Source: Octopus vulgaris (Eukaryota). From it: 64,000 nucleotides of DNA. The notes under the pieces were generated by a model. That model saw only the letters and a list, made by a program, of their open reading frames with translations, was not told the origin of the DNA and made no database searches. Shown one piece after another: positions 40,256 through 51,559 of the stretch (position 1 is the first letter of the stretch; every line of letters starts with the position of its first letter). The stretch is taken from NCBI GenBank assembly GCA_951406725.2, contig OX597824.1, positions 53,630,001 to 53,694,000 on the forward strand, in the 5' to 3' direction. The position numbers and the translations under genes are program-made.

Positions 40256-41552
40256 ACTCTTTGTATTTTTCCTGGCACCAGCACTAGTGAGATCACCACA
40301 TAACTTGTGGCCAATCACATTATTGTTCACAAATCGTGACAAAAACTAAATTTAAAAAAAAAACAATATAGAAGAAGACTATGTAAATGTTGAGGGTCAG
40401 TTGACTATCACAGTTAAGTGGCTAAGACATTTGATTCACAATTACATGAATTCTAGGTCAAGCTCACAGCTATGTATCTGGGTAGGGTTGACCAGTGTCT
40501 TATGAGTGATATTTGGAAGACAGAAACTGTGGGAGTTTATCATAGAGAGATTCTTCTTTTCTTGAGTGGTATACTTTATCCAATGCCTGGTTTAATATCT
40601 ACTTTTGATCCTCCAAGAATTCAAACCAGACCTGTGACATGAGGATTACTTCCTCCCTTCCTCTTACAGTCTCAGAGGTCTTGAGAAGTGTTACAAGCAC
40701 TGCCCAACCTCTTCTGATCAAGCTATTAAAATTAAACAAATAGGCAGCCACAAGAAAACATGATAAAAGGAGAGATATGTGGGAAAGAGTGATGGTGGCA
40801 TGAAATCGATCAGGTCTGATAAATGGAGACCATTGTGGTAACAAAAAAATCAGTGAGGAGACAACACTTCTGTGAGACCAGATGTGAGACAATATTTTGT
40901 AGTGGGTCTCACTTGAGCACCACACAAGGTGAGTAATTGTCCAGAACTGAATTATTTTGAAGTCTTTATGAGGAAAGCCAGTCTTTCTAAAGCAGACTCT
41001 GCTGTGCTATGAGATTGTTAGGAAAGGTCAAATGTGCAATATAAAATAAATAAATCATTGTAGCATCACTAAAAAAATTCATCTCTATGTAGTTATTTCA
41101 GAGAGGATAAACTGCAGGTGTCTTCATTTACTTTCTTCTTGCTACCTATAGCAGAAAGTTGTATCTCATCATGATACCCACCCAACCATAATTCCCCCGC
41201 ACCATTTTTAAAGGGAATATTCTAATCAAAACATTGGTTTAACCTTTTAGTATTTAAACTAGCTATATCCAGCCAAAACATTTTACCTGTTTTAGGTTCA
41301 TACTGGCTAGATCAAATCTCTCACACCTAGCCTATAATGTCATTTTTAAAATATAGTCACATCATTGAAATAATGAGATAATGCATGATTAATTCAAAAC
41401 AATGTGAATAAATAAAGATTACATTTGAGAGAGTAACCTAAATTCTAAAGCATTAAATATAAACAAAATGAGAAGGAAACAACCAAATCATTCTTTACTA
41501 CTCTAGTAAGAAAATTACAAATCCTTTCAGAAACTTTAAAATCTAAAATAAC

Positions 41553-41655
41553 CTTCATAGCAAATCCAGAGGGAGCCACATGTTTGGGCCATTCAAATTC
41601 AGTGCTGTGAATTCTGATGCCAGATTCAATAACCAAAACTGCTTTGTTGTCAGGT
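41553..41655 (-). CDS. NEMF: NEMF exon 3 ([34 protein letters not shown])
   Basis: 103 nt, AG/GT; conserved ESGIRIH..EFEWPK motif. Confidence 0.96.
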
Positions 41656-42489
41656 CTAAAGAAATAAAACAGTAAAAAGTAGATTATTTATTCAAATTGT
41701 ATTTTGAAATGTTTAATGTTTGATTTCTTCAATCTATTTAATAAGAAAATAATTTTACAATATTAAAGTAGTTTGGAATTTGTCCAGTTTTAAACTAAAA
41801 AGAAGTAATGATTTTGTGAGAAATTACAAAATTATTTTGTGAGAAATGCAATGAACTGAAGTAACTTAGTATATTACTGGTACTTATCAACACCAAAAAT
41901 CAACATTGAATACTCATAAATTAAATTCAGAACACTTAGTAAAATGAAAAGTTACTAACATTACTAAACTGTAGTATTATCACACAAGTAATGATCTGTT
42001 AAAGTCTAAAGTAAACAATATTTAAATAGAAAACAAAAATAGCAATGAAAGGCCTCATTTTAATCATGCAGAAGATATCTTTTATTTTTCTAAATTTAAA
42101 TATTCCCAAACTCTCAAGAGATTTTTGATGCTTTAACTCTAGTTTCATGGTATTCAGCAGAAGAGAAACAAGTCACCTCCTTGAAAAATATCAATGTATT
42201 CCAACTTTCCAGAAAATGCAGTCCCTATTTTTGACAGTTACAGGAGCCCAAGCTTACTGAAGTACAGTTTCTACATAGATACAGAATACAATAGCAACAG
42301 TGAATTTATTCAATGAGTTTGCAACCTTATCCACTAACACATTTTGCTCTAAAAATTCTGAATTTTAAAACACGCATATATACCTTTACATTCACTTCTG
42401 TGATTTATAAGTATTGTGTACTATAGTATTGTATATTATAGTATTGTATGCTATAATAGTGTATGTAAAGTGTATATTATGGTATTACC

Positions 42490-42855
42490 TTTTATCTGTT
42501 TCAGTCATTAGACTGCAGTCATGAAGAATTTTAGCTGAACAAATCAACCCTAATGCTTATTTTTTTTTTTAAAGACAGTTACTTATTGTTTAATCTCTTT
42601 TGCTGAACTGTTAAGTTACAGGGATATAAACAAACCAACACCCGTTGTCAAGTGGTGATGGGGGACAAACACAGACACAGACAAACATACAACAGGCTTT
42701 CTTTCAGTTTCCGTCTACAAAACCCACTCACAAGGCTTGGGTTCGCTCGAGGCTATAGTAGAAGACACTTGCCCAAGATTTCACACAGGGGGACTGAACC
42801 TGGAACCATGTGATTGAGAAGCAAATTTCTTAACACACAGCCACGTCTGCACCTA
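42490..42855 (-). mobile_element. tRNA-derived SINE (55078 family); further copies at ~43855-44190, ~45135-45320 and ~53105-53410
   Basis: Reverse-complement match to head, core and tail of the 55078 copy. Confidence 0.75.
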
Positions 42856-43342
42856 TTGTATACTAGAAAGTGTAAAAACATTTTGTTATTCATGTATGAC
42901 CCGAAAACTGACATAGTTCCATGCCACTGACCAGGTCATTGATGGATTACAAAACTTTTACATATTCTCAATACTCATCATCGTTAAGTATCCATTTTCC
43001 ATGCTGGCATGGGTCGGACAGTTTGACTGGTTCTAGTGAGCAACAGAGCTGCATCAAACTCCAGTTTCAGCTATCAAGAGATAAACAAAAGTGAATGCAA
43101 TGTTAAGTGTTTTAAATTACTATTATGATTTTTCCAAGATGTAGCTGTTCCAGTTTCAATATACTATTTCATATAAAGTTACTTGCCAAGTAAGTACAAT
43201 TCCAAAATTAAAAATTTGATTTCAAAAAGTAATGAATATATAAAATTTCATATTCAGGTAAAAATATATATATATTTCAATTTTATTATTCTATTAAAAT
43301 AATAGAAACGAAAGCAAATGTCAGTGACGAAATAATACTTAC

Positions 43343-43411
43343 AATGATAACTTAATTAAATATGTTTTGTGGTCAACATCATAAACATTAATAACTCTCA
43401 AAGACAATAGT
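43343..43411 (-). CDS. NEMF: NEMF exon 2 (LLSLRVINVYDVDHKTYLIKLS)
   Basis: ttttttcAG acceptor, GTAAGT donor, 69 nt, phase 2-2. Confidence 0.95.
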
Positions 43412-43496
43412 CTGAAAAAAAGGAAAAGAAAACATTTATTAAAACTGAAGAGAGGTAAAAGTATAAACAGGTGTAAATTGTTCAAGGGTAAACGTG

Positions 43497-43736
43497 ATTA
43501 TTCTTATCTTAGTGTCTCTTGTCTGGAAATCTTTCATGACACATCCTATGACCTCTCCAGTGACTCTCCATCCCATGTGTTTCCTCCTATGCTATTTAGT
43601 CCATTCTGCCTGTCTGTGGTGTAGGCAGAATGGACTAAACAGTACAGGAGGAGACACATGGGACAGAGAGTTGCTGGAGAGGTCACAGGATATGTGACGA
43701 AAGATTTCAGACAAAGGACACTAAAATAAGAATAAT
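43497..43736. repeat. Long hairpin (~115-bp arms, ~10-nt loop), MITE-like
   Basis: 43497-43611 pairs with 43623-43736; explains the mirror ORFs 43494+ and 43546-. Confidence 0.8.
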
Positions 43737-45339
43737 AATAAAGCTGAAAAACAAGTATAAACATGTGATTATTAAAGGGTAAACCCAGTGAGTGATGAGG
43801 GCAAAACTTGAAGACATCATTTTTATACAGTATATCTGGGCTAAAACGCAACTTTATTGTTTATCAGTCATTAGATCGCAACCATGCTGGGGCACCACTT
43901 TGAAGAATTTTAGTTGAATGAATCAACCCCAGTATTTATTTTATCAGTCTCTTCTGCTGAACTGCTAAGGTACAGGACATAAACACACCAACATTGGCTG
44001 TCAAGTGGCAGACACTAACACACACAGACATCAGACTTCTTTCAGTTTCCATCTACCCAATCCACTCACAAGGCTTTGGTCAGCCCAAGACTATAGCAGA
44101 AAACACTTGCCTAAGATGCCATGCAGTGGGAGTGAACTTGGAACCTTGTGGCTGAGAAGCAAACTGCTTACCACACAAGCCACACCTGCGTCTATGACAT
44201 ACTGACATAGCTCTTAGTAAAATTGTGAAAATTGCTAAATAAGTAAAAACAATCAAAAACAGTGCTCTCCTGGTAGTTATAATGTTTCTGCTACTTATAT
44301 ACACAAGTTTTACTATTCATGGTAGATATTTATAGTTCAGATTTACATATTCAGTGTGTTGGTCATGATAGGAACTACAAACATACATTGTAATCTGTAT
44401 ACAAGTAAATTACAATGTGCACATTTATCTATGTGAGATCAAGTAAAAGTTTTCACCACTCATAGTCAACATAAGACCAAATTTAACATCAACAAGATAT
44501 CATAAGATTATGAAATACTGTGATTATAACAGCTTAATTCTATTCCCGATATTTATCTGAAATTAGCTTAATCATTAAAACTGTTGACTGGCACTCTGTC
44601 AGTTATGATAATGAGGGTTCCAATTGATCCAATCAACGGAACAACCTGCTCGCGTACCTTTAATGTAGTTCTGAGGAAGATTCAGCATGACACAGAATGT
44701 GACAAGGCTGACCCTTTGAAATACACGTACAACTCATTTTGCCAGCTGGAGCAATGTGAAATAAAGTATCTTGCTTGCTCAATGACACAACATGCTGCTG
44801 GGAATCGAACCCACAACATTACGACTATGTACCAAATACCCTAACCACTAAGCCATACACCTTTTGTAGCACAAAAACATAGAGACTGCTTTAAAAGTTT
44901 AATTAGACCCATTTTTAAGAATGGGTAACAAGTAAGGTGGAAATGAGTGAAGGCACTATGCAGTTATCTCTGAGCCTGTTGTTTCAGTAACAGTAAAAAG
45001 ATGTCTGTGATGTAAAGGTTGAAATGTTGGTTGTGAGTCTTTGATGGCCTACAATGTGGGGAGGAGAGGTGATACAGTTTAGCAGCAAACATTCAAGATG
45101 TGGAAGTAGTAATCCACTGTGGGTTTTATTTAAGTTTTCAGTCATTAGGAATTTTAGTCAAACGAATCGAACTCAGTACTTATTCTTGCTTTTTAAGACT
45201 GGTACTTATTCTATAGGTCTCTTTTACTGAACCACTAAGTTACAAGGACATAAACACAGCAAAACCAGATGTCAAGCAGTGGTTGGGGGACAAACACAGA
45301 TACTAAGACACACACACACAAATGTGTGTGTGTGTGTGC

Positions 45340-45374
<35 letters not shown>

Positions 45375-45388
<14 letters not shown>

Positions 45389-45898
45389 TGAGAATGTGTG
45401 TCTGTCTTCGCCACTACGATTCCCTAAAACTTGAGAACTACACAACCAATTTCATTCAAATTTTACACATGCCTTACTTAGGGTCCATGTAGTTTCATGG
45501 GCAAAAAAAAATGTTCAATTTCTTGCCTAGAGCGAGCCCATAGCAATATCATATCTTCTCCACTATTTCAGTATTACGTGTTAAAAGTGAAACAAAAATA
45601 TTTCTCTATTTTATGTCAGATGCTTTCACTTTAACAATAAAAATAATAATAACAATTGAATTATATGTAGTAAGTAATAATTAAAATCAAACTAAAGTAT
45701 AATATAAGTAAAAATAGCAATTGGTATAAAATTGCATTAATGATTTGAACTTGAATAAGTGGTTTCACATGAATGGGAATTAAATTAAAAATAAAATTAG
45801 CGTGCAGAAATGGAATAGTCCAGATGGATAATAAAAAATTAAATTAAAGAAAAGACTATTGTCTATAAAGTATACAATGTAGAGAAAAAAGAAGAGCT
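45375..45898 (+). mobile_element. Putative 5' part of a non-autonomous Helitron-like element
   Basis: (TA)n-AAAACTGAGAATGTGTGTCTGTC...CCAATTTCATTCAAATTTT resembles invertebrate Helitron 5' ends; no 3' CTRR end found. Confidence 0.4.
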
Positions 45899-46042
45899 AA
45901 CAATTCCAGTCTTCATTGATTGTGTTGGTTAGTTATTTTGTATGTGAAAAATTTGGAAAAAATTGTTAAAAAATTGAATCGCGCGAGGCGTTTGCCGCTG
46001 CGTGTGTGAACCTTTTATAGAAGGTGTGTCGACCCTCAAGTC

Positions 46043-47524
46043 ATGGAGACTTACGCGGGGGTCGCCACAACAAAAAGTGATGAGTCTCTTAGAATAAGAG
46101 AAGTGTTCTTTAGAAAAGAACAATTGAAGGAATACGAGAAGTTCGTCAAAAGGGAGGGTGACAGCGTAAAGCTGGTTCCGCCTGTTGAAACAATAGAGGA
46201 GAGAAATAACAAGATGATAACGTATAGAACGCAAGATAGGAACACGAGAAAACTGGTGAGAGTGACGATTGAAGAAATAGAGAAATGTCTGGGGGACATT
46301 ATGAAAAAAGCAACTTTTGTAGACAGAGGAAAGAAATATGGTACGGTGGAGGTGAGATGCGCAACAAAGGAAGTGGCGGCCTCATTAGCTTCCACTGTCC
46401 TGAAAGCCAAAAATTTCACTATGTGGCCGACGTATAAAGGAAGACGAGGGGTACGGGTAAGAGTCCCAAAGGTGCCCCCAGAAATAAAAACAGAAATGCT
46501 GGTAACAGCCATTCTAGGGTCAGCAAAGGAGGAAGTAGAAATAGGGTCAATAAAGGAGACCAACGTTGTAAATTGGAAGGGATTCGGAGTAGAGTTGTGG
46601 CTGATGGCCACAATGGAAGACATCGAAAGGTTTCCCTTCCAAATAGAAATAGAAAATGAGAAAACAATTAGTGTAATTGTGGAGGGGAGAAAACCGAATT
46701 GCTACTTGTGCGGGTCAAGAGGGCACATAAAAAAGGAATGTCCACTGTATGAATTCACAGCAGAGCAAAAAGAGACACAAAGTGGAGAGAAGGAAAACGA
46801 ATACGAAGGAAAGAACACCGAAAACAAGGAAAAGGAAATAACGGAGAAACAACAAGAGAAGGGAAGTAACAGCGCACTGAAGGAAAATGAAAACAAAGGG
46901 AAGAAGATAGTAGAAAAGGAGCAAAATTCACAGGGTGGAGAAGTAGTGGAGAAGGAGCCAAGGCAGAAGCAAGAGAAAGAAAAGGAAAGTACATTAAAGG
47001 AAAGAGAAAAAACAGGAAAAGAACAAGAGAAGGAACAGAACCAAGAGAAAGGAAAAGATGGTATGCAAAAAGGAAAAGAAACAACAGGAAAGGAACATAA
47101 GGCACAGGGTAGAGAGACGACAGACAAAGAGCCAAAAAGACAAGAGAAGGAAAAAGAAAGAAGAGAAAGCAAAAAGAGAGAAAGAGAGAAACCGAGAGAG
47201 GAGAAAAAAGAGGAAGTAAGTCCTAAGAGAAAAACTAGAGAAAATGCAGGTACGAATAGAAAATTCAAATACTATGGAACGTTGATCCATCACAGGCATT
47301 GTGAGGAGATGGAAGATTTAATAAACCAAACAGATGGATATACGTGGGTCAGGATGGGCACCGAATGGAAAGAAACAGGTACACTCGTCCACGAGAATGA
47401 CGCTGAGGCGTTCATCGAGGCAGCTGGCAAGAACGTGACAAAACATATGAAATGCCGACTTACAAGGTGGCCACAAACGATGGAAATTTACCAAGATTTG
47501 TTAGAGATAATGGAGTATATATAA
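46043..47524 (+). CDS. Unit A: Tx1/L1 ORF1-like (ZCCHC3-like) zinc-knuckle protein, 493 aa
   Basis: Intronless intact ORF; RRM-like VRVRVPKVPPEI..E.L, then EGRKPN-CYLCGSRGHIKKEC (CX2CX4HX4C), K/E-rich linker, C-terminal globular region. Confidence 0.85.
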   Translation: METYAGVATTKSDESLRIREVFFRKEQLKEYEKFVKREGDSVKLVPPVETIEERNNKMITYRTQDRNTRKLVRVTIEEIEKCLGDIMKKATFVDRGKKYGTVEVRCATKEVAASLASTVLKAKNFTMWPTYKGRRGVRVRVPKVPPEIKTEMLVTAILGSAKEEVEIGSIKETNVVNWKGFGVELWLMATMEDIERFPFQIEIENEKTISVIVEGRKPNCYLCGSRGHIKKECPLYEFTAEQKETQSGEKENEYEGKNTENKEKEITEKQQEKGSNSALKENENKGKKIVEKEQNSQGGEVVEKEPRQKQEKEKESTLKEREKTGKEQEKEQNQEKGKDGMQKGKETTGKEHKAQGRETTDKEPKRQEKEKERRESKKREREKPREEKKEEVSPKRKTRENAGTNRKFKYYGTLIHHRHCEEMEDLINQTDGYTWVRMGTEWKETGTLVHENDAEAFIEAAGKNVTKHMKCRLTRWPQTMEIYQDLLEIMEYI

Positions 47525-47926
47525 AAGAAAAGGTATTGTGAAAACTTTAATTTGGAAATGATAAAAAGAACTTTAAATTCTGGAAAAATAAATGTTGAAC
47601 TTTGTAAAATTTTTGAAATGTATGTAGAAAATGTGTAAAATGTTTTTATTTGGAAAATATTGTTGACGTAATAAAAAAATGACGAAATGTAACTGCTCGA
47701 TTTACACCACATTGTACAAACTTCATAATTCATTATTTTATTTTTCCCGATTGTATTGTCCCCTCTATGTTGCCCCTTGTGGGTAGGAATAAAACAATTC
47801 CAGTCTTCATTGAGTGTGTTAAGTAATTGGTAATTTTTGTATATAGAAATCGAAATTTGAATCATGCGAGGCATTTGCCGCTGCGCATTGGAAACTTTTT
47901 GTAGAAGGTGCGCCGACCCTCAAGTC

Positions 47927-49360
47927 ATGGAGACTTACGCGGGGGTCGCCGAAATGAAAAGCGATACACCGCTGACAGTAAGAGAGGTGTTCTTTAAAAA
48001 AGAACAGCTAGAGGAATTTGAGAAATTCATTGAAAGGGAAGGTGACAGAGTGAAGCTGGTCCCCCCTGCTGAAGCAAAGGAGGAAAAAGAGGACAAAACT
48101 ATAATTTATAGAACACAGGACATGACCACAAGAAAGCTATCAAGAATAGCAATAGAAGACATAGAAAAATGTCTGGACGACGTTATGAAAAAGGCTACCT
48201 TTGTGTGCAGAGGCAAGAAATATGGTACGGTGGAGGTGAAGCACGCAACAAAAGTTGCGGCCTCGCTAGCTACCACCGTACTCAGAGCCGAAAGCTTCAT
48301 CATGTGGCCTACCTACAAAGGGAAAAGAGGGGTACAGGTTAAAATCCCAAATATACCCCCAGATTTAAAAACAGAATGGCTGGTAACAGCCATCCTAGGA
48401 TCAGCAGAGGAAGATATAGAAATTGGATCGATAAAGGAGACTAGCATAGTGAAATGGAAGGGATTCGGAGTAGAGATGTGGCTGACGGCCACAAACAGCG
48501 ATATAGAACGAATTCCCTTCCAAATAGAAGTAGAAGATGGAAGAACCCTCTGCGTAATCGTTGATGGGAGGAAACCCAATTGTTATTTATGTGGGACAAG
48601 AGGTCACATTAAAAAAGAATGTCCGCTATACGAATTCGTGGCGGAGTGTGAAAAAGCAGAGGAAAACAAAAAAGAGAAAGAAAAAGAACCCGAAGAAGGG
48701 AACAATACTCTAAAGGAGAAAGAAAGCAAGGAAAAGGAAACAACGGTAAAAGGAAATAACAATACACAGAAGGAAAATGAAAGCAAAGGGAAGAAATTAA
48801 TAGAAAAAGAACAAAAGTCACAGGTAATAGAGAAAGAAAAAGAAAGTAAAATAAAGGAAAGAGAAAAAACAGGAAAAAAACAAGAGAAGGAACAGAATCA
48901 AGAGAAAGGAAAGGCTGTTACACAAAAAGAAAAAGAAAAAACAGGAAAAGAACATACAACAGACAAAGAACCAAAAAGACAAGAGAAGGAAAAAGAAAAG
49001 GAAAGCAAAAAGAGAGAAAGAGAAAAACCGAGAGAGGAAGGTAAAGAAGAAGTAAGTCCGAAGAGGAAAACTAAAGAAAACATAGGGTCAAATAGAAGGT
49101 ACAAATTTTACGGAACATTGGTTCAATACAGACACTGTGGGGAGATGGAGGAATTAATAAGTGAAACGGAGGAATATTCATGGGTCAGGATGGGCACGGA
49201 GTGGAAGGAAACGGGTGCACTGGTCCATGAAGACAACGCCGATGCGTTTATCGAGGCCGCTGGTATGAACGTAACAAGACACACAAAGTGCCGACTGCTA
49301 AGGTACCCACAAGAGATGGAAAATTACAATGACCTGACAAAGGTAATGGAACTAATTTAA
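47927..49360 (+). CDS. Unit B: diverged paralogue of unit A, 477 aa from METYAG
   Basis: Intact ORF, same architecture, CYLCGTRGHIKKEC; mostly conservative substitutions versus A. Confidence 0.85.
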   Translation: METYAGVAEMKSDTPLTVREVFFKKEQLEEFEKFIEREGDRVKLVPPAEAKEEKEDKTIIYRTQDMTTRKLSRIAIEDIEKCLDDVMKKATFVCRGKKYGTVEVKHATKVAASLATTVLRAESFIMWPTYKGKRGVQVKIPNIPPDLKTEWLVTAILGSAEEDIEIGSIKETSIVKWKGFGVEMWLTATNSDIERIPFQIEVEDGRTLCVIVDGRKPNCYLCGTRGHIKKECPLYEFVAECEKAEENKKEKEKEPEEGNNTLKEKESKEKETTVKGNNNTQKENESKGKKLIEKEQKSQVIEKEKESKIKEREKTGKKQEKEQNQEKGKAVTQKEKEKTGKEHTTDKEPKRQEKEKEKESKKREREKPREEGKEEVSPKRKTKENIGSNRRYKFYGTLVQYRHCGEMEELISETEEYSWVRMGTEWKETGALVHEDNADAFIEAAGMNVTRHTKCRLLRYPQEMENYNDLTKVMELI

Positions 49361-49878
49361 AATTATAAGGAAAAAAAAAAAGAGAATTTGGAAAGACTTT
49401 TGTTTATTTTAAATGTATTTTGAAATCTTAAAGATGTATTGCGGAAGATTTATATGTGAATTTGTGAAAACAATTTTTCTGTAATTGATAATGTATTTTG
49501 AAATTCTATTTTGAAATGTATTGAAATGTATTGCGAAATGCTGAAAAATGAATTTGTTACTTTTGAAAACATTATAAAATGTAATTAAAAATGACGAAAT
49601 GTAACCACCTGATTTCGAAGATCGGGTGGTGCATTACACCACATTTATACATATTTCATTATTTTTTTTTTTTTCCCCGATTGTACTGTCCCCTCTATGT
49701 TCGCCCCTTGTGGGTAATAATAAAATAATTCCAGTCTTCATTGAGTGTGTTGGTTAGTTATTTTGTATGTGAAAAATTTGGAAAAAAACTGTTAAAAAAT
49801 TGTCAAAAATTGAATCGCGCGAGGCGTTTGCCACTGCGTGTTTGAACCTTTTATAGAAGGTGTGTCGACCCTCAAGTC

Positions 49879-51374
49879 ATGGAGACTTACGCGGGGGTCG
49901 CCACAACAAAAAGTGATGAGTCTCTTAGAATAAGAGAAGTGTTCTTTAGAAAAGAACAATTGAAGGAATACGAGAAGTTCGTCAAAAGGGAGGGTGACAG
50001 CGTGAAGCTGGTTCCGCCTGTGGAAACAATAGAAGAGAGAAATAACAAGACGATAATGTATAGAACGCAAGATAGGAACACGAGAAAACTGGTGAGAGTG
50101 ACGATTGAAGAAATAGAGAAATGTCTGGGGGACATTATGAAAAAAGCAACTTTTGTAGACAGAGGAAAGAAATATGGTACGGTGGAGGTGAGATGCGCAA
50201 CAAAGGAAGTGGCAGCCTCGTTAGCTTCCACTGTACTGAAAGACAAAAATTTCACTATGTAGCTGACTTATAAAGGAAGACGAGGGGTACGGGTAAGAGT
50301 CCCAAAGGTGCCCCCAGAAATAAAAACAGAAATGCTGGTAACAGCCATTTTAGGGTCAGCAAAGGAGGAAGTAGAGATAGGGTCAATCAAGGAGACCAAC
50401 GTTGTAAATTGGAAGGGATTCGGAGTGGAGTTATGGCTGATGGCCACAATGGAAGACATCGAACGGTTTCCCTTCCAAATAGAAATAGAAAACAAGAAAA
50501 CAATTAGTGTAATTGTGGAGGGGAGAAAACCGAATTGCTACTTGTGCGGGTCAAGAGGGCACATAAAAAAGGAATGTCCGCTATATGAATTCACAGCGGA
50601 GAGGGAAATGGAGCAAAAAGAGATACAAAGTGGAGAGAACAAAAAAAGAAGGAAAAAGAACATGAAGGAAAGAACAAGGAAAAGGAAATAACGGAGAAAC
50701 AACAAGAGAAGGGAAGTAACAGTGCACTGAAGGAAAATGAAAACAAAGGGAAGAAGATAGTAGAAAAGGAGCAAAATTCACAGGGTGGAGAAGTAGTGGA
50801 GAAGGAGCCAAGGCAGAAGCAAGAGAAAGAAAAGGAAAGTACATTAAAGGAAAGAGAAAAAACAGGAAAAGAACAAGAGAAGGAACAGAACCAAGAGAAA
50901 GGAAAAGATGGTATGCAAAAAGGAAAAGAAACAACAGGAAAGGAACATAAGGCACAGGGTAGAGAGACGACAGACAAAGAGCCAAAAAGACAAGAGAAGG
51001 AAAAAGAAAGAAGAGAAAGCAAACAGAGAGAAAGAGAGAAACCGAGAGAGGAGAAAAAAGAGGAAGTAAGTCCTAAGAGAAAAACTAGAGAAAATGCAGG
51101 TACGAATAGAAAATTCAAATACTATGGAACGTTGATCCATCATAGGCATTGTGAGGAGATGGAAGATTTAATAAACCAAACAGATGGATATACGTGGGTC
51201 AGGATGGGCACCGAATGGAAAGAAACAGGTGCACTTGTCCACGAGAACAACGCTGAGGCGTTCATCGAGGCAGCTGGCAAGAACGTGTCAAAACATATGA
51301 AATGCCGACTTACAAGGTGGCCACGAACGATGGAAATTTACCAAGATTTGGTAGAGATAATGGAGTATATATAA
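49879..51374 (+). pseudogene. Unit A': disrupted near-identical copy of unit A
   Basis: TGG->TAG at 50260-50262, frameshift near 50640-50680, 3'UTR truncated at ~51440. Confidence 0.88.
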
Positions 51375-51559
51375 AAGAAAAGTTATTGTGAAAACTTTAA
51401 TTTGGAAATGATAAAAAGAACTTTAAATTCGAAAAAAAAATGCTTATAATTGCAATGCAATTATTTCATTTATTGTATTGAATGGGTGAAGGTAAAAATA
51501 TTTTACCGTTAATTCATAATACAGATAAGATAATGCAGAAACAAATTCATTTCGATCAT

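Larger units (their letters stand above)
45906..51440 (+). mobile_element. Head-to-tail array of three ORF1-only non-LTR-like units (A, B, A')
   Basis: Units begin CCAGTCTTCATTGA at 45906, 47800 and 49731; A and B end GTCCCCTCTATGTT(C)GCCCCTTGTGGGTA plus an A-rich stretch; no RT or EN. Confidence 0.8.

Noticed and set aside
47864-47926. Upstream ATG extending unit B by 21 aa
   Set aside because: The ATG is absent from A and A'; the conserved start is METYAG at 47927.
46051-51149. Long minus-strand F/S/L-rich ORFs
   Set aside because: Antisense shadows of the purine-rich K/E coding strand.
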